Below are positions 8,937 to 16,918 of a stretch of 49,827 bases of DNA, piece after piece. The position numbers and the translations under genes are program-made. Position 1 is the first letter of the stretch. Every line of letters begins with the position of its first letter. The DNA comes from Bacteroidia bacterium (lineage in GTDB: Bacteria > Bacteroidota > Bacteroidia > SpSt-205), in NCBI GenBank assembly GCA_025059915.1, contig JANXDD010000001.1, positions 1 through 49,827 of the forward strand, in the 5' to 3' direction. The notes under the pieces are model-generated. The model was not told the origin of the DNA. It was given only the letters and a program-made list of their open reading frames with translations, and searched no databases.

Positions 8937-9987
8937 CTATCCACTTTACATTTCGCACCCGTAGCGTATCCCAGACGAAAAGATTTTCCACGCCTCCATT
9001 GACCCAGCCGTCGTAGATACGCAGCTGCTCTGTAAAATCTTTATCCAGAAGGCGTATTTTGAGGGGCTGGGACTGAGCCACGCGTAGCCGCAGGGACCCA
9101 TGCTCTGCTGCTACTTGAAGGGGCTTCTGCTCGCGCTCACAACGCACAGAAACTGCGGCAGATTCCAACCGCAGCGACGGTAATGATTCATACACTAAGC
9201 GGTAGCGATACTCATACCCTTCTCGGACCTGCGTATCATAATGCTCCATACGATGGCGCCCTGGTCCAGGGGAGGGACAGGGTACTTTAGCTATTACTTC
9301 CCAGTTTGATTTAGAGGAAGAGCGCTCTATGCGATAAAAATCGCAAGGCTCTCGCCCCTCTACTTCCCAGGAAAGATGGACAGCCCCTCCTTCGTACGCA
9401 GCCACGAGGATCGGAAAGCGCACCGGCGCATACAAGTGTGCCTCACGCTCCACATCTGAGATTGTGTATCGCCAAGCCCCTCCTATCCGTACCACCCCGA
9501 TAATGGGATCAGGTTCCCATGGCACATATTCCCATCCAGATGCTGTCTCCGACGGGAGGTAAAAGGGTATTTTCCGTCCTTCACGAGTAACATTGACGCC
9601 AGAATCAGGCAAAAAAAGGACCTGCGGCGAAGGCGCGAGGTATATCCCGCGCCGAAACCTCCCTTGGTCGTCTAATAGAGCTACATAAGCTCCCGGCTGA
9701 CTCTCTTCCCAAAACCGAATGAGAAAGTCTGGATACCTATCCAACCGCACATCTCCCTCATATTTACCTATAGTTATGCGCTGCCAAGGCGCCAGTACCA
9801 AACTTGTCGGCAAACGCACCGAATAATCCCTCGTTACCAGGAGCCATCCCCCCAGCGAAAGGGCTTGAGGGGTTGGATTATAGAGGTCTATGCGATGGGA
9901 TGCACCTTCTCTATAGCGGCCTGGGATGAAGCGAAGAATCTCAGGCGCCTGTGCCCATACAGCCCCCCATACCAAAAGCAGCCTCAC
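8872..9987 (-). CDS. Hypothetical secreted protein with N-terminal lamin-tail-domain-like segment and an Ig/FN3-like middle region
   Basis: 371 aa with a signal peptide (LLLVWGAVWA|QA). IDLYNPTPQALSLGGWLL resembles the LTD core (vELyNp..vdLsGW.L). The 3' end overlaps folD by 65 nt. Confidence 0.6.
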   Translation of the reverse strand: MRLLLVWGAVWAQAPEILRFIPGRYREGASHRIDLYNPTPQALSLGGWLLVTRDYSVRLPTSLVLAPWQRITIGKYEGDVRLDRYPDFLIRFWEESQPGAYVALLDDQGRFRRGIYLAPSPQVLFLPDSGVNVTREGRKIPFYLPSETASGWEYVPWEPDPIIGVVRIGGAWRYTISDVEREAHLYAPVRFPILVAAYEGGAVHLSWEVEGREPCDFYRIERSSSKSNWEVIAKVPCPSPGPGRHRMEHYDTQVREGYEYRYRLVYESLPSLRLESAAVSVRCEREQKPLQVAAEHGSLRLRVAQSQPLKIRLLDKDFTEQLRIYDGWVNGGVENLFVWDTLRVRNVKWIVIWTASRRYWIELPHGGGRRY

Positions 9988-11363
9988 GCCGTCGCATCCA
10001 CAAGGGCATGCAAAATATCAGAGCGAGTGATAATATCCCATCCTCCTTCCTCTAACTGCACCAGTACAGCCGGCATCTCCCGCGTCAGCATCTTGGAAAC
10101 AATATCTACTGGCGTTGAGGGAAGCACTATTACGGGAGGGTCTGCCATATATCGCTGTACAGGCTGGTCTTTAGCCAAAGGATCGTCCATAAGCACCTCT
10201 ATGAGCCGAGATTCCGTCAAAAGCCCATGGATGCGGCCCCCCTCCATGATAGGCAACTGCGAAATTTCATAACGCTGCATGAGCTCCACGGCTTTGCGAA
10301 GAGGATCAGTAGGAGAAACAGTAGCTAATCCCGGCGTCTTGCGCGATTTGTATGCCAGTACGTCCTGAACCGTTAGCTCAGAAGTTTGTTCCAGAAAGCC
10401 CTGAGCTCGCATCCAAGCGTCATTGTAGATTTTATTGAGGTATCGGCTGCCGTGGTCAGGAAGGAGAACAACTACTACATCTTTCGGGGAGAGCTCTCTG
10501 GCTACTTGCAAAGCAGCCCAAACGGCAGAGCCACTGGACCAGCCCACAAAGAGCCCTTCATAGCGTGCCAGCTTCCGAGCCATAAGCGCTCCATTCCTGT
10601 CTGTTACCTTGATGATCTTATCTATCAGCGACAGGTCTAAGTTACCTGGCACGATGTCTTCTCCTATCCCTTCTGTGAGGTAGGGGTATATCTCCTTCGG
10701 ATCAATCTGTCCTGTCTCATGTAGCTTTTGAAAAAGCGAGCCGTAAGTATCTACCCCGATTACTTGGATAGCTGGATTGCGCTCTTTGAGGTACTGAGCT
10801 ACCCCACAGATGGTGCCGCTAGTTCCCATCCCTGCAACAAAGTGAGTGATGCGCCCCTCCGTCTGCTCCCAAATTTCTGGACCCGTCGTCTCATAATGAG
10901 CCTGCCGATTATTGAGGTTGTCGTATTGATTGGGGTAAAAGGCTCCCGGTATCTCCTGAGCGAGCCGCTTTGCTACACTGTAATTAGAGCGCGGGTCATC
11001 AGGCGGAACATTAGTAGGGGTCACAATTACCTCTGCCCCCAAGGCTCGGAGAGCATCTATTTTTTCTTTTGACTGCTTGTCTTGGATAGTGAAGATGCAG
11101 CGATAGCCTTTGATAGCAGCCACAAGGGCAAGCCCCATCCCCGTATTCCCAGAAGTAGCCTCAATGATAGTTCCGCCCGGCCGCAGAAGGCCTGCCCTTT
11201 CTGCCTCCTCCACCATCTTGAGGGCGATGCGATCCTTGACGCTATGACCGGGGTTGAAGTATTCTACTTTTGCCAAAACGGTGGCGGGCACGCCCCTCGT
11301 TACGGAATTCAGCTGAACTAAGGGCGTGCGACCAATAAGTTCTAAAAGATTTTTAGCCCACAT
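9984..11363 (-). CDS. Cystathionine beta-synthase-like PLP enzyme (cysteine-synthase fold plus CBS domain pair)
   Basis: 459 aa. PLP-lysine motif HSVKDR, SGNTGMGLA loop and a C-terminal tandem CBS pair. Confidence 0.85.
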   Translation of the reverse strand: MWAKNLLELIGRTPLVQLNSVTRGVPATVLAKVEYFNPGHSVKDRIALKMVEEAERAGLLRPGGTIIEATSGNTGMGLALVAAIKGYRCIFTIQDKQSKEKIDALRALGAEVIVTPTNVPPDDPRSNYSVAKRLAQEIPGAFYPNQYDNLNNRQAHYETTGPEIWEQTEGRITHFVAGMGTSGTICGVAQYLKERNPAIQVIGVDTYGSLFQKLHETGQIDPKEIYPYLTEGIGEDIVPGNLDLSLIDKIIKVTDRNGALMARKLARYEGLFVGWSSGSAVWAALQVARELSPKDVVVVLLPDHGSRYLNKIYNDAWMRAQGFLEQTSELTVQDVLAYKSRKTPGLATVSPTDPLRKAVELMQRYEISQLPIMEGGRIHGLLTESRLIEVLMDDPLAKDQPVQRYMADPPVIVLPSTPVDIVSKMLTREMPAVLVQLEEGGWDIITRSDILHALVDATA

Positions 11364-11366
11364 AGG

Positions 11367-12104
11367 TCACCGAGGACGCGCAGCTCCCGATGAAGTCCGA
11401 ATGCCCCCTCCACCTGTATTGCCAACGGAGATACTTGGACGGGCTCCGCCTGAGGACGGCATGCTCCTTATCTCAGGTGAGAGAGAAGGACGACCACCTG
11501 ACGGAGAATACGACGGAGAGGCTGTACGACGCGGAGGTGTAGAGAAAGAGCCAGAACTGCTGCGAGGCGGTCTGTAAATAGTCCCACCCTGTGGAGCCCC
11601 ATAGGTGCGAGGCATATAGTTCGGCCTGCGAGAAGGAGCAAAAGTCCATCCTCTGTCATAGTACCACACCGGGCCTGCATAATACGTCCATCCCCACCAA
11701 GGGGAATAGTACCATCCCGGCATCGCCGTCCAGCCTACGCCCCACCAAGGTCCCCATCCTGCCCAAGCTGGACCCCACCACGCACTCCGCCATCCCCACA
11801 TAGGCGAGAACCATGGGTCAAACCAAGGATCATACCACACTCCCGTAGAATACCGCCGAACCCTGCAAGAGTAGCAGTAATCGTCATCCCAGTCCCGCCG
11901 AGGGCGCTCCGCCTCCTCGTAATTATCCGCACGCGCATCAACATCCGTAGAGCTTGAGGGCTGCGTCTGCTGCGCCAGCCGAGCCCGATCCTTGGCAGAA
12001 AGGTAAGTATCGTTTTGTACAGAGCTGGCAGAGCGGCTGGCTCCGCAGCCCCATACAAGAAGGAGCATAATCGCTCCCAGCCCAAAGCGGACTATCGTTT
12101 TCAT
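11367..12104 (-). CDS. Trp/Gly/Pro-rich low-complexity lipoprotein
   Basis: 245 aa with a lipobox (LLVWG|C). An ~80-residue stretch contains 18 Trp ([36 protein letters not shown]...), followed by an S/P/R/G-rich tail. Confidence 0.65.
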   Translation of the reverse strand: MKTIVRFGLGAIMLLLVWGCGASRSASSVQNDTYLSAKDRARLAQQTQPSSSTDVDARADNYEEAERPRRDWDDDYCYSCRVRRYSTGVWYDPWFDPWFSPMWGWRSAWWGPAWAGWGPWWGVGWTAMPGWYYSPWWGWTYYAGPVWYYDRGWTFAPSRRPNYMPRTYGAPQGGTIYRPPRSSSGSFSTPPRRTASPSYSPSGGRPSLSPEIRSMPSSGGARPSISVGNTGGGGIRTSSGAARPR

Positions 12105-12112
12105 ACTCGTGG

Positions 12113-12120
12113 TACTTTTG
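12113..12120 (+). promoter_or_regulatory. Candidate -7 promoter box for proS (TACTTTTG)
   Basis: Exact TAnnTTTG, 25 nt upstream of ATG 12146. Confidence 0.45.
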
Positions 12121-12129
12121 CCTACCAGA

Positions 12130-12137
12130 CAAATATA
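12130..12137 (-). promoter_or_regulatory. Candidate -7 promoter box for the Trp-rich lipoprotein operon (TATATTTG)
   Basis: Exact TAnnTTTG on the minus strand, 25 nt upstream of ATG 12104. Confidence 0.45.
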
Positions 12138-12145
12138 CGAAACTC

Positions 12146-13609
12146 ATGCCAATCCCGATGCACTCCGTCAGTGAATGGTACAATGACATCGTGGAAAAAG
12201 CCGGGCTTGCCGAACATTCCCCCGTTCGCGGGTGTATGACTATCAAACCTTATGGCTGGGCGCTATGGGAAAACATCCAACGCCCTTTAGATGAAGCCTT
12301 CAAACGCACAGGACATCAAAATGCCTATTTTCCTCTCTTTATCCCCCTTAGTTTTTTGGCAAAAGAGGCCCAACATGTAGAAGGTTTTGCCCAAGAATGT
12401 GCTGTAGTTACCCACTATCGCATAAAAACCGATCCAGAGACCCGTTCTGTCACCCCTGACCCCGAGGCTACTTTAGAAGAGCCTCTCGTAATCCGCCCCA
12501 CCTCCGAAACTATTATATGGAATACCTTCCGAGACTGGATAAAATCCTACCGAGACCTCCCTCTCCTTATCAACCAGTGGGCTAATGTAGTCCGCTGGGA
12601 AAAGCGTCCCCGCCTCTTCCTCCGGACCGCAGAATTCCTCTGGCAAGAAGGACATACCGCTCACGCTACCGCCGAAGAAGCCCTCCAAGAAGCCCTGAAC
12701 ATGCTAAACCTATACGAAAGTTTTGTTCAAGAGTACCTTGCTATACCTGTAATCAAGGGGCGAAAGACCCCCAACGAACGATTTGCTGGCGCTGTAGAAA
12801 CCTTCACTATTGAGACGCTCCTGATAGACGGAAAGGCTCTTCAAGCCGGCACCTCTCACTTTTTAGGGCAAAATTTCGCTCGGGCCTTTGATGTGAAGTT
12901 TCTCAATGCTCAAAATCAGCTAGAATACGTGTGGGCTACTTCATGGGGGGTCTCCACCCGTCTGATAGGAGCGGTGATTCTCTCTCATGGGGACGAAAAG
13001 GGATTGATTCTACCTCCTAAGGTCGCTCCCATTCAGGTTGTAATCATCCCTATATGGCGGAATGACGAGGAGCGGTCGGCTACTGTTTCCAAAGCTCATG
13101 TGCTTGCCTCCCAGCTGCGAGAGAAAAACCTGCGTGTAAAAGTAGATGATGACCCTCAGCATCGTCCTGGCTGGAAGTTTAATGAATGGGAACTGCGGGG
13201 AGTTCCGCTGCGCTTTGCTATCGGTCCAAAGGACCTTTTAGCTGGAACTGTGGAGGTAGCATGGCGCCACTCAGGAGAGAAGCTCGTCGTCTCTTTCTCC
13301 GAAGCAGTTGCCCAAGCTGAGAGCTGGCTAAATCAAATCCAGACAGCCCTTTTTGAACGAGCTAAGGACCGTATCCAGCAGCAGACCTATCGGGTGGATA
13401 GCTACGCTGAAATGCGGGAGATTTTAGAAGAGAAAGGCGGCTTCATCCTTGCGCACTGGGATGGCACGACAGAAACTGAACTGGCTATAAAAGAGGAAAC
13501 GGGGGCTACCATCCGATGCATTCCTTTAGATGCGCCAGAGGAGCCCGGCAAATGCATCTATTCCGGGCGCCCCTCCCAGCGGCGAGTACTTTTCGCCCGG
13601 GCCTACTGA
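12146..13609 (+). CDS. proS: Proline--tRNA ligase (archaeal/eukaryote-like type)
   Basis: 487 aa. N-terminus [28 protein letters not shown] and class-II core. Length is typical of the ProRS type lacking the INS editing domain. Confidence 0.95.
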   Translation: MPIPMHSVSEWYNDIVEKAGLAEHSPVRGCMTIKPYGWALWENIQRPLDEAFKRTGHQNAYFPLFIPLSFLAKEAQHVEGFAQECAVVTHYRIKTDPETRSVTPDPEATLEEPLVIRPTSETIIWNTFRDWIKSYRDLPLLINQWANVVRWEKRPRLFLRTAEFLWQEGHTAHATAEEALQEALNMLNLYESFVQEYLAIPVIKGRKTPNERFAGAVETFTIETLLIDGKALQAGTSHFLGQNFARAFDVKFLNAQNQLEYVWATSWGVSTRLIGAVILSHGDEKGLILPPKVAPIQVVIIPIWRNDEERSATVSKAHVLASQLREKNLRVKVDDDPQHRPGWKFNEWELRGVPLRFAIGPKDLLAGTVEVAWRHSGEKLVVSFSEAVAQAESWLNQIQTALFERAKDRIQQQTYRVDSYAEMREILEEKGGFILAHWDGTTETELAIKEETGATIRCIPLDAPEEPGKCIYSGRPSQRRVLFARAY

Positions 13610-13791
13610 CCAGAAAAGCAACCTGTCTGTGAGCAATTTCCCATGAGAAGCCTGTTCTCCTGCCTACAGCCTCACAACGAACCTCAACCCTTAGCCGTAC
13701 GAAAACCTAAGGCAAGCCTCTTTTCGTTTCACTCATAGGGTAAAAAGGGAGAACTCCCAGCCGCTGCAGCATAAGCTGAGAGCTCTTTCAT

Positions 13792-14466
13792 TCACACTGG
13801 CGGAATGAGCCATACACGCTCCACCCATTTGAGCGTCTGAATATAAGATAAGCTTTCTGGACGAAGCGGTTCATCCAGCTCATAGACTTGAAGGGCAAGG
13901 TCATCTTTTGCCCGGCGGCTTACAGTAAGGGTGGCAATATTTACAGAATCATATGTCAGCACAGCGGCTAAAAACGCTACCGCTCCTCGTACATCACGAG
14001 CCCGCACTACAAGGGTGGGAAGCTGACCCGTGAAGTTAGTATGAAGTTCATCTATGGCGGTGATAAGAATAAGTCCGCCCCCTCTTGAGACGCCTTCAAT
14101 AGAGAGAACCTCGTCGCCTCGCCGAGCCCGAATGACAATCGTATTAGGATGGGTTTTAGCAGAGCTAATGACAGGATCAAATGCGAACCGAATGCCCCTT
14201 TCTTCAGCGATGGAAAGAGCGTCGCGTATGCGCTCGTCATCTACAGCGAAGCCCATGAGACCTGCCAGCACGGCCTTATCGCTGCCATGCCCTTTATAGG
14301 TCATCGCAAAAGAGTTGTAAAAGGAGACTGTTACTTCTTCTGGCGCTCCTCCCAAAAGGTAATGAGCCACGCGGGCAATCCGAACCACCCCCGCTGTGTG
14401 CGAGCTGCTCGGACCTATCATAATTGGTCCAAGCATATCAAAAATGCCACTGGGCTCTTGTGTCAT
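13792..14466 (-). CDS. sdaAB: Iron-sulfur L-serine dehydratase beta subunit with ACT-like C-terminal domain
   Basis: 224 aa. N-terminal FDMLGPIMIGPSSSHTAG motif with an ACT-like C-terminus. No alpha-subunit gene is adjacent. Confidence 0.8.
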   Translation of the reverse strand: MTQEPSGIFDMLGPIMIGPSSSHTAGVVRIARVAHYLLGGAPEEVTVSFYNSFAMTYKGHGSDKAVLAGLMGFAVDDERIRDALSIAEERGIRFAFDPVISSAKTHPNTIVIRARRGDEVLSIEGVSRGGGLILITAIDELHTNFTGQLPTLVVRARDVRGAVAFLAAVLTYDSVNIATLTVSRRAKDDLALQVYELDEPLRPESLSYIQTLKWVERVWLIPPV

Positions 14467-15032
14467 TGGAAGCGAGAACGATTAGGGGTTCCAGCGAAAA
14501 GATATAAGCTAATTTGCCCAAGTAGCCCCTCTATTCGGTCCCGAGTAGGTCCGCCCACTCCCTCTAAAAAGGAAGTTTGAGGACGGCGACGCAGATACAA
14601 AAGAGACAACTCACTAAAAGGCGTCATGCGCCACGAAAGCCCTGCATTCCAGCCAATTCCATTAGTAGCAATAGAAGCAGGAGCCCCAGGTAAAGTTCGC
14701 CCCTCTAAGCCCCGAATGGAGGCATTCAGACGAAAAAAATGTAGCTCCCCCAGCGGAGACAGCGCCTTTTTGAAAAGGCGCAAACGCAAAGAGACCCCTA
14801 CACAACTCCACTGCGTCTGGGAAAAAAGTCCTTTACGCCGATCCTGACTAATAAACCGCCCCAGCTCTACGGAGATAGCTGGCTGAAGGCGCTTCTCTGC
14901 CAAAAGACGCACGCCTACTTCTCCCATGCTATAGAAGCGGTGCCACCTCTCCCCCGCTGCTACGAGGTCATTATAGCTGGTATGCCCCCCCCACCCTGCA
15001 TATAACGCCACCTGTAGCCAGAGAACGCTCAT
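14463..15032 (-). CDS. Hypothetical protein, OM beta-barrel-like
   Basis: 189-aa ORF with a 4-nt overlap with sdaAB. Alternating hydrophobic pattern. No recognised motif. Confidence 0.5.
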   Translation of the reverse strand: MSVLWLQVALYAGWGGHTSYNDLVAAGERWHRFYSMGEVGVRLLAEKRLQPAISVELGRFISQDRRKGLFSQTQWSCVGVSLRLRLFKKALSPLGELHFFRLNASIRGLEGRTLPGAPASIATNGIGWNAGLSWRMTPFSELSLLYLRRRPQTSFLEGVGGPTRDRIEGLLGQISLYLFAGTPNRSRFQ

Positions 15033-15033
15033 T

Positions 15034-15234
15034 TTACAAAGATAGGGCTTTCTCTACCCTCTGTAATAAGCTACGCAGCCGGCGAAGGTGCTTTACGCGC
15101 CCTTGCAAGGTGGTGATTTTACCAAGGTCCCGAAGCCGTACCGCCTCTTCCAGCTCAAAACGAAGTGCCTCCTCATAGGTATCCACCGCTTCTTGTAACT
15201 GGCTCCATGCTTCTATCACTTTTTCCCATGCCAT
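15034..15234 (-). CDS. Small helical hypothetical protein
   Basis: 66-aa ORF predicted to be all-helical and charged. A 7/8 TAnnTTTG box sits 4 nt upstream of its ATG, and it lies 1 nt from the next ORF. Confidence 0.45.
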   Translation of the reverse strand: MAWEKVIEAWSQLQEAVDTYEEALRFELEEAVRLRDLGKITTLQGRVKHLRRLRSLLQRVEKALSL

Positions 15235-15238
15235 AAGC

Positions 15239-15246
15239 CGAAGATA
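15239..15246 (-). promoter_or_regulatory. Candidate -7 box (one mismatch, TATCTTCG) for the 15234 unit
   Basis: 7/8 match to TAnnTTTG, 4 nt upstream of ATG 15234. Confidence 0.35.
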
Positions 15247-15252
15247 GAAGCT

Positions 15253-15298
15253 GGTGGGGAAAAGTGTCTCAAAGTGGGAACTCGTGTACCTTTGTGTA
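15253..15298 (+). promoter_or_regulatory. Putative MraZ operator: five GTG(G/T) direct repeats at exact 10-nt spacing
   Basis: The GTG triplets begin at 15254, 15264, 15274, 15284 and 15294 (GTGGG, GTGTC, GTGGG, GTGTA, GTGTA). The centre reads AAAGTGT-ctc-AAAGTGG. The array overlaps the mraZ -7 box. Confidence 0.55.
15287..15294 (+). promoter_or_regulatory. Candidate -7 promoter box for mraZ / dcw operon (TACCTTTG)
   Basis: Exact TAnnTTTG, 6 nt upstream of ATG 15301. Confidence 0.55.
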
Positions 15299-15300
15299 GC

Positions 15301-15750
15301 ATGTTTCTCTTTGGGGAATACAGAGCCCGCTTAGATACAAAACGGCGCTTCGTGATGCCAAGTTTGATCCTTACCCTTTTGCCGGAGGGAGCGCGGGCTG
15401 ACTTTGTTCTCCAAAGGTCCCCAGACCCATGCCTCTGGCTCTATCCCCTCAGCGTTTGGCGCATGGAGCTAGAAAGATTGTACCAAAAAGTCAATCCCTT
15501 TTCTACGGAAGGTCGGAGCTTTTTGAGACTCTATCAAGCTGGAGCACAGCCTGTAAGCCTGGATAGCGAAGGACGGCTGCTTTTACCTAAGCCTCTCTGC
15601 GACTATGCTGGAATCCAATCAGACATTGTGCTCTTAGGAATGAAGGACCGCATAGAAATCTGGGCAGAAGAGCAATACACCGCCTGGAAAGCAGCTAATG
15701 AGGCTCACTTTGCAGAATGGACCCAAAAGTTTCTCGGAGAGGCGCCATGA
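15301..15750 (+). CDS. mraZ: Division/cell-wall cluster transcriptional regulator MraZ
   Basis: Two SpoVT/AbrB-like halves, each with the D-x-K/G-R-R motif (LDTKRRFVMP and LDSEGRLLLP). The ATG at 15301 gives the canonical MF.FGEY N-terminus; the ORF-track GTG at 15274 is probably too far upstream. Confidence 0.9.
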   Translation: MFLFGEYRARLDTKRRFVMPSLILTLLPEGARADFVLQRSPDPCLWLYPLSVWRMELERLYQKVNPFSTEGRSFLRLYQAGAQPVSLDSEGRLLLPKPLCDYAGIQSDIVLLGMKDRIEIWAEEQYTAWKAANEAHFAEWTQKFLGEAP

Positions 15751-16625
15751 TGACGGTCTATCATGTGCCTGTGCTGGTTGAGGAGGTGGTGGAGGGGCTG
15801 ATTACAAATCCAACTGGAGTGTATGTAGATGCTACTTTTGGGGGGGGAGGACATAGCCGAGCAATTCTTGGGCAGCTCGGACCAGAGGGGCGCCTGTTTG
15901 GCATAGATAAAGACCCTGACGCTCCCCTCCAAAGTCTAACCGATGAGCGCTTTCAAGGTATAAGAGGAGACTTTCGGTTTTTAGAGGAACTTCTTGAAGC
16001 GTGGCAAGTGAAAGAAGTAGCGGGGATACTGGCAGACTTAGGCATATCTTCTCATCAAGTGGATGTGCCAGCGCGCGGATTTAGCTATCGGTGGGATGCT
16101 CCTTTAGATCTGCGGATGAATCCCTATGAGGGAGAGCCAGCTTGGGCTTGGCTGAAACGGCAGCGCCCTGAGGCCCTGGCAGAGCTTCTCCGAACGTATG
16201 GCGACCTTCCTAAAAGCCGGCGGCTGGCAGAGACTATCTTGAAACACTGGCAGCCAGAATTCACTACTTACCAGCTGACTGAATGCGCTTACAAAGTATA
16301 TGGCAAGAAAGCAGAAGACTTTTTATCACCGCTCTTTCAGGCGATTAGGATTGCTATAAATGACGAGCTTGGAGCTTTAGAGGCTTTGCTGGAAGCTGCT
16401 TATAGGCTTCTCTCTCCCCACGGTAGGTTGGTCATTTTGACTTACCATAGTGGAGAAGCTCGCATTCTCAAAAAGCACCTCCACAGGCCTGCAGAGGAAA
16501 ATCCCGTAACTGGCTGGAAGCGTCCCCGCTGGAAACTGCTTGCTAAAAAGACTCCTTCTCCTGCAGAAATTGAAGCTAACCCTCGCAGCCGCTCAGCCAC
16601 CCTCTGGCTCATAGAAAGGGTATGA
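15747..16625 (+). CDS. rsmH: 16S rRNA (cytosine1402-N4)-methyltransferase
   Basis: N-terminus YHVPVLVEEV, SAM motif VDATFGGGGHS, plus ADLGISSHQVD. ATGA overlap with mraZ. Confidence 0.95.
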   Translation: MMTVYHVPVLVEEVVEGLITNPTGVYVDATFGGGGHSRAILGQLGPEGRLFGIDKDPDAPLQSLTDERFQGIRGDFRFLEELLEAWQVKEVAGILADLGISSHQVDVPARGFSYRWDAPLDLRMNPYEGEPAWAWLKRQRPEALAELLRTYGDLPKSRRLAETILKHWQPEFTTYQLTECAYKVYGKKAEDFLSPLFQAIRIAINDELGALEALLEAAYRLLSPHGRLVILTYHSGEARILKKHLHRPAEENPVTGWKRPRWKLLAKKTPSPAEIEANPRSRSATLWLIERV

Positions 16626-16918
16626 AAAAGCTGCTTCCCTACCTCAATCCGCTTTATTGGATTCCTCGCCAAGTAGGATTATGGCTATACATTGCTTTCT
16701 GGCTGATTATTTATGTTGCCACTCAATATCGCGCTGAGATAAAGGTGCGGCAGCTTCATCACCTTCGTCGGGCTCTTTCTGAGAAGCGAGCCGAATACCT
16801 CCAGCTGAATGCCAGCGTAAGCCAAAAGCGAAGCTACTCTGCCCTCAAGCCTGCTTTAGACAGCTTGGGCTTGGAGCTGCCAAAGGAAGCGCCCATCCTC
16901 GTCCCTGTCTATGAGTAA
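16622..16918 (+). CDS. ftsL: FtsL-like single-pass division protein
   Basis: 98 aa with one TM helix (LWLYIAFWLIIYVA) followed by a helical segment. Canonical position between rsmH and ftsI, with an ATGA overlap with rsmH. Confidence 0.6.
   Translation: MKKLLPYLNPLYWIPRQVGLWLYIAFWLIIYVATQYRAEIKVRQLHHLRRALSEKRAEYLQLNASVSQKRSYSALKPALDSLGLELPKEAPILVPVYE

Noticed and set aside
13610-13791. 182-nt convergent gap between proS and sdaAB as a possible ncRNA or terminator pair.
   Set aside because: I found only short, weak stems (for example cgaaaa...ttttcg with a 15-nt loop, and gggag-aa-ctccc), with no convincing terminator or RNA-family signature.
15274-15300. GTG 15274 as the mraZ start codon.
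   Set aside because: The canonical MraZ N-terminus (MF.FGEY...LD.K.R) starts at ATG 15301. GTG 15274 is one unit of the putative operator repeat array.
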